Shown here piece after piece: positions 39,394 to 49,456 of a stretch of DNA of 64,000 bases. Numbering within the stretch: the stretch's first letter is position 1; every line of letters begins with the position of its first letter. This DNA comes from Paracoccaceae bacterium (GTDB lineage: Bacteria; Pseudomonadota; Alphaproteobacteria; Rhodobacterales; Rhodobacteraceae), in NCBI GenBank assembly GCA_024227475.1, contig JAAEUI010000235.1, positions 5,210-69,209 on the forward strand. Reading direction: 5' to 3'. The notes beneath the pieces were generated by a model, which did not search any database, was not told the origin of the DNA, and saw only the letters and a list, made by a program, of their open reading frames with translations. Made by a program: the position numbers and the translations under genes.

Positions 39394-42300
39394 GCGCACC
39401 TGTCCCCAACCGCCCTGATATGCTGCTTGATCTGACCCGCTGGAACCGTGCTGGACTGTCCCGGTTTGACTATCTGGACGGGGACGCCGCAGTTTGGCTG
39501 GAGGAAATGAAAATCGCGTTGCTGGGATTGTACATGCGCGGCAGCGATGGCGATCTTCGGGCGCCGGAAATCTGGCGCGACGTGTTCACCAAAGACGAGA
39601 CTGAGTGGCCTTCACCGGCAGAAATGGCAGAAGCCGCAGACAAAGTGGCCTGGAAAAAACTTGCGCCCAAGGCGCCGCCGACAAAAGAACTGCGAGGCCA
39701 GCGTAATGCCCGGTTGCTGGATCAGTACAATGCCCCGCGTGATGATCTGAGCTGGGAGGTTCTGCGCGCCTTTGCCCGCGCTTCGCACGTGCTGCTGGGC
39801 CATGCAGACGCCTATGCCAACGAGGGATATCTGCGCACTGCAACCCAATGGGACAACCTGAGGCGCCTGGCGGCGATGGTCAATCACCAGCCAACACCGC
39901 AGGCCTCGGCCACGACGCAGGTTGCGCTGGAGCTGAAAGAGGGCACCGATGCCATCGAAATCGGTCGCGGCCTGGCGATGAAATACACCCAACCCGCAGG
40001 TGGCGCGCCGCTGGTGTTTGAAACGCTGGAGGCGGTGGATGCGCACCCAGATCTGAACGCAGCGCGGGTAGTGAAATGGAACGAAAACCACACGAATATG
40101 GCCAATTCCAACGCCGGTGCAGCAATTGCCAGCAGCTGGATCGCGCCCAAAAAGGCAGAGCTTTCCCCAGGCAATCTCGGGGTTCTGGCCTTCGGTTCAG
40201 CATCCAGAGCGCTGACGCTGAAAGAAGTCTCGCACGACAGCGATGCTGAGCAGGCCGACCTCACCTTTGACCCGCCACTCACTGACACGCCGGAATTCTG
40301 GGATGCCTATTTGCACAGCGAACCGGACGATGTGCTCACCGGCCTGCCGCGCAGTGAGGAAGGCGTGGCTATCGTGCAGGTCGAGGGCGCTGCGAGCTTC
40401 AGAGCCGGCCAAATCGTGAAGGTGACGCATGGAAGCGACAGCCATTATCTGGTGATCAGCAAAGTCGAAAACGGCCACCTTATTGTCACGACCGATTTGG
40501 ATATATCTGGCACGGTTTCCTTAGCGCAACTGGCGGAATATCCAAGGGAATCCCATGACTATTTCACCACGCCAGACACAATTGAAACGATGTATTTTGC
40601 CTACGAAGGGGCAGTGTACATCAGTTCCCGCTCAGAGACCAACACAGGAATTGGGGAACTGACTCCGATCAATGACGGCACTACCGCAGTTTGGGACGAA
40701 CACGGCAATTGGTCATTCTGGGCCAACAAGGTCGACGGGGAAACGATTTCACATTGGTTCCACCCAATGGGGTTCGACACGGACACTGGCTTTGTCGAAA
40801 CCGATGCGGCGAAGCTTGATGATCTGGCGATCAAAGGTGACCCGCCCCAGGTTGTCAGTGGATCTGCAACTAGTGAAAAGCAAACCGTCAGTTTTTCTGG
40901 CAAACCGCCGAAGGGGCTGACAGCCGGCGATTGGTATGTCGCGCGAAACACAGCCAACGACGCAATTGTAGCGCTGCAGGTTAAAGGGGTTCGCACGTCC
41001 CCTAGCGAATACCACCTCCGGTTCCACAGAAACGTCAACACATCGCCGCCGAAAACCGAATTCCACGGCCCGATGAAACGCGTTCTGCGCCCGGAGAACT
41101 ACGATAAAAACCCGGTCAAGGCGCTGACCACAACCACTGTGCAACTGACAAATGTCAGCCGGGACGCACAGGCACTGCTGAAACCTGGCCGTCCGGTTGT
41201 CCTCAGCCGTCTGGAAGATGACCTGCCAACCGAAAACGCTAATGCGACGATTGCATCGGCCGTCAGTGACGGTGACACAAGAATCTCTGTAACGCTCGAT
41301 TTTCTTGACGATCTCTCACAATGGAGCAAAGGCGAGCTGGTTTTGCTGATGAACTGCGTCAGCGTTTCGCATGGAGAGACCAAGGACGGTAAAATTCTTG
41401 GCTCCGGTGATGGTGAACGCAATGTACAGTTCTTCGGTTTTGCAGTCTCGCAGGTCAGTCACGTCCCCTCCACGATTGCCGAATCCGGCGTTGCACCCGA
41501 TATGGATGTCACCGTAGACGGAATTGCCTGGACCTATGCGGACTTCATTGATCCAGCGGCTGAAGGCAGCAAAAGCTGGTCCAGTGTCCTGAGCGAAGAC
41601 GACCACCTGAAAATTTATTTCCGCCGCCGACTGCCAACCGGAACCAACAATGTGCAGGTCAAACGTTACCGCATCGGTGCCGGGGCAGCGGGCAGTGGCA
41701 TTCCACCCTATAGCTTCACCAAGCCGATGAAAAAGTCGCCCTATGTCGCAGGTGTTTTCCAACCCTTTGAAACCTCGGGCGGGGCCGACCGCGAGCCGGT
41801 TTCATCCTTGCGAGAAAGCACGCCTTCGCGGCTGGCTGCCAATGGACGCGCGGTTAGTCTGGCGGATTTTGAGCGGCTGATCCGGGGGCATGCTTCGATC
41901 TGGCAAGCCTGGGCCGAAGAGATTGCGACCGCAAGTGCGGAACGCGAGGTGCTGGTAACGCTGGTGCCTGCCAATGGCGCAGAGCTTACCGACAAACTGA
42001 AGAAAGACCTGCGTTCGTCAGTGCTGAGCCGTGCCTTGCCCGGCGTGCGTCTGAACTTCGATCAGTTTGAGGCCCTGCACCTGAAACTGTCTGCCCGGGT
42101 GCGCGCTGATCTGACGTCTTTTGAGCGCACGGAACTGGCGGTGGAGTGCGCCGATGTTGTGCGCCGGGCGTTTGGGCTGGAGGCCCGAAAATTCGCACAA
42201 CCGGTGTATCGTTCTGAAATACTGGCAGCTCTGGAAACCGTGCCTGGCGTGGAAACCGCAGTGGTGACCGGGTTTGACCTCTGGCCCTTGCTTGATGATC

Positions 42301-42452
42301 CGGATACCGATGCTCCCCGGCCAAAAAATGTCGCCATGAGGGACGACGCTGTGGCAGCAATTTACCCCGGAGACAACCAGGTTGCCTTTGTACCGGACGA
42401 CCTTGAACCGGGCACATCCCTGATCGCGATCGAAGTGGAGGATTTGGTATGA
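39390..42452 (+). CDS. Large baseplate J-like protein
   Basis: ANEGYLRTA, SHGET...LGSGD, YRIGAG, GGADRE, RAVSLADFE. Confidence 0.82.
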   Translation: MSAPVPNRPDMLLDLTRWNRAGLSRFDYLDGDAAVWLEEMKIALLGLYMRGSDGDLRAPEIWRDVFTKDETEWPSPAEMAEAADKVAWKKLAPKAPPTKELRGQRNARLLDQYNAPRDDLSWEVLRAFARASHVLLGHADAYANEGYLRTATQWDNLRRLAAMVNHQPTPQASATTQVALELKEGTDAIEIGRGLAMKYTQPAGGAPLVFETLEAVDAHPDLNAARVVKWNENHTNMANSNAGAAIASSWIAPKKAELSPGNLGVLAFGSASRALTLKEVSHDSDAEQADLTFDPPLTDTPEFWDAYLHSEPDDVLTGLPRSEEGVAIVQVEGAASFRAGQIVKVTHGSDSHYLVISKVENGHLIVTTDLDISGTVSLAQLAEYPRESHDYFTTPDTIETMYFAYEGAVYISSRSETNTGIGELTPINDGTTAVWDEHGNWSFWANKVDGETISHWFHPMGFDTDTGFVETDAAKLDDLAIKGDPPQVVSGSATSEKQTVSFSGKPPKGLTAGDWYVARNTANDAIVALQVKGVRTSPSEYHLRFHRNVNTSPPKTEFHGPMKRVLRPENYDKNPVKALTTTTVQLTNVSRDAQALLKPGRPVVLSRLEDDLPTENANATIASAVSDGDTRISVTLDFLDDLSQWSKGELVLLMNCVSVSHGETKDGKILGSGDGERNVQFFGFAVSQVSHVPSTIAESGVAPDMDVTVDGIAWTYADFIDPAAEGSKSWSSVLSEDDHLKIYFRRRLPTGTNNVQVKRYRIGAGAAGSGIPPYSFTKPMKKSPYVAGVFQPFETSGGADREPVSSLRESTPSRLAANGRAVSLADFERLIRGHASIWQAWAEEIATASAEREVLVTLVPANGAELTDKLKKDLRSSVLSRALPGVRLNFDQFEALHLKLSARVRADLTSFERTELAVECADVVRRAFGLEARKFAQPVYRSEILAALETVPGVETAVVTGFDLWPLLDDPDTDAPRPKNVAMRDDAVAAIYPGDNQVAFVPDDLEPGTSLIAIEVEDLV

Positions 42453-44176
42453 ATGCCGTAACCCCCGATGATCTGAAGAGCCGCGCCGGACGCATCCTGT
42501 ACCGCGAGCTGCCCGAAGAGTACCGCTATCGCGACCAGCCGCCCAAAAAAGATGAACTGGGCGATCTTGATGCGTTTTTGCACGGAGCGGGCCATTTGCT
42601 GGACCTGATCCGTGGTACCACCGAACAGGCCCATGCGGATTCTTTTGCTGAGGAAATTGACGGGCGGTCAATCCAGCCCTGGCTGGTGCCTTATCTCGCG
42701 GAACTGGTAGGTGCGGAACTGCTGGCGCCGGACCCAGATCAGCGGATTGAAGAACTGAACAACTCGGTTCTCTGGTACAAATCCAAAGGCACGCTGCGAA
42801 CGGTTGATGAAGTTTCTGACGTGGTCTCGGGTGCTGAAACTGTAACCCGTGAAGGCTGGCGATACGTGCTGACAACACCGCGCATGAACCTGCCACCATT
42901 CACCTATCCACCGTCGGGCAGCCTATCAGCCACCGGCCCGGATGATCGTCGCCGCGTAACCCTGACCATGGATGCAATGAGCGGGGCAACCGGCCATACC
43001 GGCTGCCCTGATTTCCGCCATGTCGATCGCGCAGTTCAGGATCCGGGAGGGGCTAATCCGCTCTACCGACTTCAATATCCGGCCCGTGATGCAAATGGTC
43101 ATCCCGCTGAAAACACCGTTGTCTATTGGCGCCCGCTGCATCCTGGCGGAGTTCCGGCCTTTCCCGGCCACTACGACGACAACACCGCCCGCTGCCCGGA
43201 TATGCGCGAGATGCGGCTGGACAGCCAGATCGGCCCGCATCCGCGCCGCTCTATCGTGCATGTTCAACCACCCGAAGGTTTTTTCGAAAATGGCCTGCGC
43301 CTGGTGGACCTGGATGACCTGAGTGCATTTGACCTGACCGGCCGCGCGACCCTCACCCCGCACGAGGTTCTGTCCCACCTTGGCATGTTGGGTGAAGACG
43401 AAATCGCGCCGGACAAGTTGCAAATCCAACTCAATAACGATGTTGAAATTGCGTCTGCCGCCCGGGTGACGTTGCGCAACCTCCTGTTCACCGGAGCCGG
43501 AAAATTCATCGTGAAACAAGGCGGTTTCCTGCGGCTGGATGTTTGTGCCATCAGGTCTCTGGTTCTAGAGCCGGTTCCGGATTTGGCCGGTCAACCTGCG
43601 CTGGAAGCCCGCAACAGCCTTTTTGAAACGGTCACTGGCGGCGACAGTTTTACGGAAATGGAATACTGCACCGTGACCGGGCTGACCGATCTGGCACGGC
43701 TGAATGCCTCTGACTGCATTTTTGCCGAACTCTCTGACAACCTGTCTTGCAGCCTGCCGGAAGCCGATCCCGGAGCTAACCCGAAGCCGGTGAGTTGCCT
43801 GCGCTACAGCCGTCTGGATTTTGCCAGTGCGGCCAAAAAGCTGCGGGCCTGTTTCCTCCTGGGCGCACCAGCCAACACCAGCGATATGCCGCGCTTCATC
43901 AGGCTTTGGTTCGATGATGGCGCAGGCAACTGCGTGCTGCGTCTGCCCGAATACGGGGAACCCGGATACGGCGTGCTGGATACCGCAGCCCCGGCAAGCC
44001 TAACCGCAGGCGCAGAGGACGACGGCGAAATGGGCGCCGGTCATGGCCTCTATCACGCTGCCGGACTGCGCGCTCTGGACAAAAAACTACAGAACTTTCT
44101 GCCGCTCGGGCAGGAAATCGCATTTTTCTATGATCCGCTTCTGGCTCAGGTTCCGCCTAAGCTGCCGGCAGATTGA
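42449..44176 (+). CDS. Baseplate / tail protein I-like
   Basis: LYRELPEEYRYRD, WLVPYLAELVG, KGT, YGEPGY, DDGEMGA. Confidence 0.75.
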   Translation: MNAVTPDDLKSRAGRILYRELPEEYRYRDQPPKKDELGDLDAFLHGAGHLLDLIRGTTEQAHADSFAEEIDGRSIQPWLVPYLAELVGAELLAPDPDQRIEELNNSVLWYKSKGTLRTVDEVSDVVSGAETVTREGWRYVLTTPRMNLPPFTYPPSGSLSATGPDDRRRVTLTMDAMSGATGHTGCPDFRHVDRAVQDPGGANPLYRLQYPARDANGHPAENTVVYWRPLHPGGVPAFPGHYDDNTARCPDMREMRLDSQIGPHPRRSIVHVQPPEGFFENGLRLVDLDDLSAFDLTGRATLTPHEVLSHLGMLGEDEIAPDKLQIQLNNDVEIASAARVTLRNLLFTGAGKFIVKQGGFLRLDVCAIRSLVLEPVPDLAGQPALEARNSLFETVTGGDSFTEMEYCTVTGLTDLARLNASDCIFAELSDNLSCSLPEADPGANPKPVSCLRYSRLDFASAAKKLRACFLLGAPANTSDMPRFIRLWFDDGAGNCVLRLPEYGEPGYGVLDTAAPASLTAGAEDDGEMGAGHGLYHAAGLRALDKKLQNFLPLGQEIAFFYDPLLAQVPPKLPAD

Positions 44177-44200
44177 ACGATTATTTAAAGGAGTGTCGCC

Positions 44201-47200
44201 ATGAAAGGGTCTAACTCAAGATTCAGCCACCGACCAGGGCAACGGTATTCTAACGTGGCCCACGTCATGGGCGGAATGGTGACCGATGCGGACCTGACGG
44301 AAACCGGTCAGATCCATCAGCGGCGCGGGGAAATGGTCAGTCAGGCGACTGTGAACTGCGGCGTCCCGGCTAACGGCGGAGCGGTTGCAATCGAGAACCA
44401 CAGGCCCAGCCTGCAGATAGGTACAATTTTTGCCGACGGCAAACAGGGGTTCCTGGACTCAGCTTCCGGTAATGAACCGGATGACGCCTTGTCGCTGTTT
44501 GAGGATCAGGCAGATCTCCCTCTTGGCCCGGTACTCCCTGATGAAGCGGTATTGCTCTATGCCGATCTCTGGGAGCGGCCGGTATTCGCATTCGAAGACG
44601 ATTACCTGACTGACGCGGGCCTGCACAGCAGCGAAACCAGCTATCGCACCCGAACTATGACCCAAGTGAAGGCGCTGCCGGTTAAAAGTGAAGAGGATGC
44701 CGTTAACGCCCTGGTCGAGATGAAGGAGCATAGTGGAGCCTTCGGCAAAACCGGCAACGTCCTGGCCGTTCTGAAGCCTAAAGACAAGGATATTGCTGTT
44801 GATGACTGCGATCCCTGCGCCGATCAGATTTCGGTGGAGCAAACCCTGCCCAATGCCCTGTTCCGGTTCGAGGTGGTTAACGTGAAAGCGGACAAAGCCG
44901 GCGTGGCCGAAAAGATCCAGTGCGCGTGGTCTTTGGAAAATGCCGAAGCGGTGGCAAAAGCTGAAATCACCTCCGATGATTCAGCGCGCGAGGCCTTCGC
45001 CGTTGGTAAATCTGCTTATGAGTATTTTTCGCAATCAACTGACGCGCAGATTGGCATCTTCCATGGTGACCACGTCGCCGAACGCCCGGTATTTACCGAC
45101 AATCTGACTGAAATTCCCAATCCCCCGGACGATGCGAGCGAGAAGCAGGCGTTCACCCACATCCGCCGCTGGGATGGTGTTGCGACGGCAACTATTGCCT
45201 CGTCTGGTATCAGCGACGAAATTGGGGCAGGGAGTCTTTCTTTTAAAAACAACAAATTACAGTTGGTAACTGATTATTTCACGCTGGAACTCACGATTAC
45301 GGGCAAACGCTTCATCACTGGGGATTACTGGTTGGTAGAAGTCCGCCGCTATGCCAAAGAAGCGGACCGGCTTTATCTGGTAGGGGTGCGGAACGGGCGG
45401 GCGCTGCCCGTTGGCATTCGGCACTCTTACTGCCCGTTGTTTCTGGTTGAAAACCAAACCCCGGCTGCCTTGTCCGATAAAGTTGAGCGCTGGCTGAGTT
45501 TCCCGGCGCTCTCTGATATGCCAGCCACTCATGTGTCGTTTGACAATGATTGTCAGCATATCTTCAAGCACGCCGAAAACGTGCAGGAAGCGCTGGATAC
45601 TCTGTGTGATCTGACGGCGTCGCAAATCAAGTTCGAGAACAACTGCGCCCATATTTTCGGCGACAGCGATGATGTTCAGGAAGCGCTGGATGAGTTGTGC
45701 GACCTGAGCGCCGATCAGATTGGCTTCACTCCACCGGACAATTGCGAACGCTTTGCTGGAACCAACACCGTTGCCGAAGCCCTCGGCAAGTTGTGCAAGA
45801 TTGAGGACAACAGTTCGCTGACCCGGGTTTTGTGCACGATGATGGACTGGGGCGTGGTCTGTGGCCTGCGCCTGACGCTCGACAAAGGGGACCAGTCACT
45901 GATCCATTGGACTGCCGGAACTATTCTGGACCGCGCCGGGCGTCTGATCGAAATTCCCAACGGTAATATGAGCCTCAACGAACTCACCCCGGAAGAGATC
46001 CACGGCGATCTGATTGAAATCCAAAAACGCAACGGAGAGGTCTGTCTGTCCGTCGCTGTTGATGAGACTGGGGTTCTTACCCTGCACCTGTCAGACCGGG
46101 ATACCGCTTTTGGGCCGGGTAATCTGACCTTCCAGGAAACTGTCGAGCTTTGCATCAAAGGCAAAAAGGGCCTGAAGTTCGGTGACCGTTTCCGCGTCTT
46201 CAAAGACGATGAAACCAAAGTTCTGGGCGATATGGTGAACGTCTGGCGCAACAGAAATGTGCTGAATGGCCATGTCCCGATGTCCTCCAACGAAATGGTC
46301 ATTGCAAAGGGCATCAATGAAGCTCTGCTGGAGACTTTTGCTGTGGATGCGCCGGAAGCGGCGGAGCGCGTTAAAAAGGTTTGGAGCAGTCTTGATGCTG
46401 AACTTGACCCGGATCGGGTCAGCGGCGAGGCGCGGGCCACGCGCAGGATGCAGCTCGAAACCACCAAAATGGCCGCGCTGGCAAACGAACAAGAGGATCA
46501 CCGCCGCGCCTGCCTATGCGAAAATGCGCTAACTCCCTGCCCGACAAAGCCAAAGAAGGGCCCGCACCTGGTGCCGGTTGGGTGTCTGGAGCTTGAAACA
46601 TTCGATCCCGGAAACCTTTTTGTTCAGGCGTTCTGTGAATTGTGCTGCCGCAAGCAATCGATGAACTGGCGGTCTTATAGGTATTATTTTGGTGATCGGC
46701 TGCAGGACGCGCTGGATGCGTTGTCCGAGCAGTGCTGTGGTTCAAGGGACGTCCCGCCAACAGGAGATGTGACCGATTGGGTCGGCGACATCAGCGACGT
46801 TTGGGAAAGGCCGGACATTGTTTTCCCCAAAATCCCGGAAAAGGATCCGGACCTGCCGCCGCTCGAAATCTGGCCGCCGGTACGGGTGCCGGACGACTAC
46901 TACCTCAAGCCCGGCAAACTCGGGCCGCAAATTGATCCCGGGCGGTTCACCGGCGTTGATGAGAGCTTGCTGAATTACAAGCCCAATGTCGACCATCTGG
47001 GCATTCAGGAGGCTGAGGATTTGCTGACTGGCAACGGCTATGATGTGGTTGAAACGGCCACTATTGATGGGGCTAACCCGCTGGACATCATGGCAAAATA
47101 CTCGGCAGATGGAAAAGCAGCCCCCCTGATCACCCGCAACCCACAACCTGGCGACAAGGTAGTGCTGCTGGCCGATGATGGCATTGCGGTTGATTATCTT

Positions 47201-48028
47201 GTGGTCGAAGAGGGCGAAGGACTGCTGCCCTATACGCAGAAGTCCGAACTGATCAAGATCGACGCCAAGGTCAACGCCGCCATAGAAAAAATCGACTTTT
47301 CAAAAGTGTTGAAGGACAAAGAAGAAGGGTCGATTTCCCGCGAGGAGTTGGCGAGTGTTGAAGCGAAGTTGGCCGAGACCAACAAGCTGGCAAAGGAGAT
47401 TAAAACCGCCACAACCCCGGACAAGATCGAGGCGAGGGTCAATGAGGCGGTGGCCGAGCTGGGGGTCGAAAGCATCGTTGAGGCTGAGGTGGAGGCAAAA
47501 CTGGCATCCGCAGGCGCGCCGTCCGGTATTCCGACGGCCGAACTGGATGCGTTCGAAGCCAAACTGACCGAAATGGTTGCAATTAAGGCCTCGATGGAGA
47601 CCGATATTGCGACGCTTTCCGAAGAGCGCAATGTCGTCGAAAGGGACCTGCAGGACCTGTCTCGGGTCGCCTCTCGTCTGGTTGCCGACCATAGGGAAAC
47701 GGCGCTGGCGCTAGACGCCTCCCGCGCAGAACTTACTGAAATGGAAGAACTGAAAACCAGCACACTTGAAAGTATTGGTGCAGCCAAGCGGGAGTTTGAG
47801 GATGCCAAGAGGAATCAGGAAACTTTTGTGAAAGACATGCGTAGATCGCAGCCAATCGAAGCTGTTGTTGCCGACAAACGGGTGATTGACGGTCTGAAAG
47901 CCAAGGGTGTGGTGACGGTTGCAGAACTTAGCAAGATGAACACCAACACCTTGAAAGCTGTTCTCAGAAATACCGGATTACAGGCAGCGGAAATCAAGTC
48001 GAATGCCGATTCTTTCATTAACAGATAG
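44201..48028 (+). CDS. DUF6519-like fibre / peripheral baseplate protein
   Basis: MKG..SR...YS.V...G..TDAD N-terminus, LWER, IRRWD, GDYW, HSYCPL; three VQEALD.LC repeats; long C-terminal coiled coil. Confidence 0.72.
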   Translation: MKGSNSRFSHRPGQRYSNVAHVMGGMVTDADLTETGQIHQRRGEMVSQATVNCGVPANGGAVAIENHRPSLQIGTIFADGKQGFLDSASGNEPDDALSLFEDQADLPLGPVLPDEAVLLYADLWERPVFAFEDDYLTDAGLHSSETSYRTRTMTQVKALPVKSEEDAVNALVEMKEHSGAFGKTGNVLAVLKPKDKDIAVDDCDPCADQISVEQTLPNALFRFEVVNVKADKAGVAEKIQCAWSLENAEAVAKAEITSDDSAREAFAVGKSAYEYFSQSTDAQIGIFHGDHVAERPVFTDNLTEIPNPPDDASEKQAFTHIRRWDGVATATIASSGISDEIGAGSLSFKNNKLQLVTDYFTLELTITGKRFITGDYWLVEVRRYAKEADRLYLVGVRNGRALPVGIRHSYCPLFLVENQTPAALSDKVERWLSFPALSDMPATHVSFDNDCQHIFKHAENVQEALDTLCDLTASQIKFENNCAHIFGDSDDVQEALDELCDLSADQIGFTPPDNCERFAGTNTVAEALGKLCKIEDNSSLTRVLCTMMDWGVVCGLRLTLDKGDQSLIHWTAGTILDRAGRLIEIPNGNMSLNELTPEEIHGDLIEIQKRNGEVCLSVAVDETGVLTLHLSDRDTAFGPGNLTFQETVELCIKGKKGLKFGDRFRVFKDDETKVLGDMVNVWRNRNVLNGHVPMSSNEMVIAKGINEALLETFAVDAPEAAERVKKVWSSLDAELDPDRVSGEARATRRMQLETTKMAALANEQEDHRRACLCENALTPCPTKPKKGPHLVPVGCLELETFDPGNLFVQAFCELCCRKQSMNWRSYRYYFGDRLQDALDALSEQCCGSRDVPPTGDVTDWVGDISDVWERPDIVFPKIPEKDPDLPPLEIWPPVRVPDDYYLKPGKLGPQIDPGRFTGVDESLLNYKPNVDHLGIQEAEDLLTGNGYDVVETATIDGANPLDIMAKYSADGKAAPLITRNPQPGDKVVLLADDGIAVDYLVVEEGEGLLPYTQKSELIKIDAKVNAAIEKIDFSKVLKDKEEGSISREELASVEAKLAETNKLAKEIKTATTPDKIEARVNEAVAELGVESIVEAEVEAKLASAGAPSGIPTAELDAFEAKLTEMVAIKASMETDIATLSEERNVVERDLQDLSRVASRLVADHRETALALDASRAELTEMEELKTSTLESIGAAKREFEDAKRNQETFVKDMRRSQPIEAVVADKRVIDGLKAKGVVTVAELSKMNTNTLKAVLRNTGLQAAEIKSNADSFINR

Positions 48029-48041
48029 GTGCGGCTGAGGA

Positions 48042-49352
48042 ATGGCACTAAAACGAAAAACCCGTCGCAAAATCCGTCGAAAGTCTCCGGCCGTCCGCCG
48101 CCGCACTGACGCGCGAACAGCAAGTGCAAAATCAGACGCGCGTGAAACAAGCGGTCTGATGATCGGCGGGGCGCACGATCCGGCGGAAAAGGCGGCGGAC
48201 AGGATGGCAGCGCAGGTATTGAGCGGTGCAGGCCCCGTTTCAGCCAGCCATACTGGTGCCCCGGGCGGAACCGTTCAGCGCATGTGCGCCGAATGTGCGG
48301 CTGAGGAGAAGGATAAGGTCAAGCGCAAAGCTGCCAGCCTGCCAGTGGCTCCGGGAAATACCTCTGCTCCTGCCACAAGGTCCGCGGCGAATGCAGTTAA
48401 CAACCTGACCAGCGGTCGCCGGATGAATCGCTCTGAGAAGGCATTTTTTGAACCTCGCTTCAACCGGGACTTCTCGGAGGTGCGCATTCACGAAGGGGTG
48501 GCGGCTGACAAGGCCAATGCCGCGATTGATGCCCAGGCATTTACCAATGGCACGGACGTTGCCCTTGCGAAGGGGCAGAACACCCGCGCAACCATGGCGC
48601 ATGAACTGGCCCATGTGGTGCAGGATGGCGGTGACAAGGCACAGCGCATGGTGCGGCGCTACACGATCATGAAGACCGATCATCCCTCCTTCGCCGAATT
48701 CAAGGCCGTTCCCAAGGCTCACCGACCGCGCGTGAAAAGCGCGATGGATAAAATCGGAAAAGTCATAAACTTCAAGAAATGCAAGGCTTTCTTCAAAGAC
48801 AAATGCTCCTCGGATGCCGGGGATGCGGTTAAACGCTCCAAGATTGCATGGGAAAAGGCCGAAGTTTTCCATTGGGATCACACCGGTTCGTCGACCGGTG
48901 GATCGATGCCTCGCACCACGGATGCAGACGAACGGACGATTGCCTATTCCACCAGCCGGTGGAAAGACGGTGTCTGGTCGCTCGGCAATACTTTCATGCA
49001 CGAGTTGTTCCACACCTGCATCCTTGGCTCCATTGCCAACGAACACCATGTTGCCGAAATGGCCGCCGAGGCGTGCGGTTTCTACACGCCGTGGATCGAC
49101 GACATCACGCCGGTGACTGGCACGGCGGGCGATACAATCACGATCACCGGTCGCGATATGGGGCCTGCCGAAGACGACAAGCACAAATTGTTCCTTAGCG
49201 GTACCAAGATCGCGACCACAAGCTGGGGGTTCAATCCCGGTGCATCGGGCAACACCATTACCTTTGACATTCCGGCAAGCGCAAAGTCCGGCAAGGTTCA
49301 CGCGGAAAATCACAAGATCACATCGAACAGCAAGTATCTCAAAGTCACTTAA
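48042..49352 (+). CDS. DUF4157 protein with second HExxH metallopeptidase-like domain and IPT/TIG domain; candidate effector
   Basis: EPRFNRDFSEVRIH...AQAFT...AHELAHVVQ; HELFH...E; ITPVTGTAGDTITITG. Confidence 0.8.
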   Translation: MALKRKTRRKIRRKSPAVRRRTDARTASAKSDARETSGLMIGGAHDPAEKAADRMAAQVLSGAGPVSASHTGAPGGTVQRMCAECAAEEKDKVKRKAASLPVAPGNTSAPATRSAANAVNNLTSGRRMNRSEKAFFEPRFNRDFSEVRIHEGVAADKANAAIDAQAFTNGTDVALAKGQNTRATMAHELAHVVQDGGDKAQRMVRRYTIMKTDHPSFAEFKAVPKAHRPRVKSAMDKIGKVINFKKCKAFFKDKCSSDAGDAVKRSKIAWEKAEVFHWDHTGSSTGGSMPRTTDADERTIAYSTSRWKDGVWSLGNTFMHELFHTCILGSIANEHHVAEMAAEACGFYTPWIDDITPVTGTAGDTITITGRDMGPAEDDKHKLFLSGTKIATTSWGFNPGASGNTITFDIPASAKSGKVHAENHKITSNSKYLKVT

Positions 49353-49456
49353 AGCGTCCCGCCGCACGGATCGAAAGGAATACACGCGGGACCGAAAGGA
49401 ATACTGGAAGAAAGACGCTCCGGCATCTTGAGGCTCATCTGAAATAGGAGGCCGCA

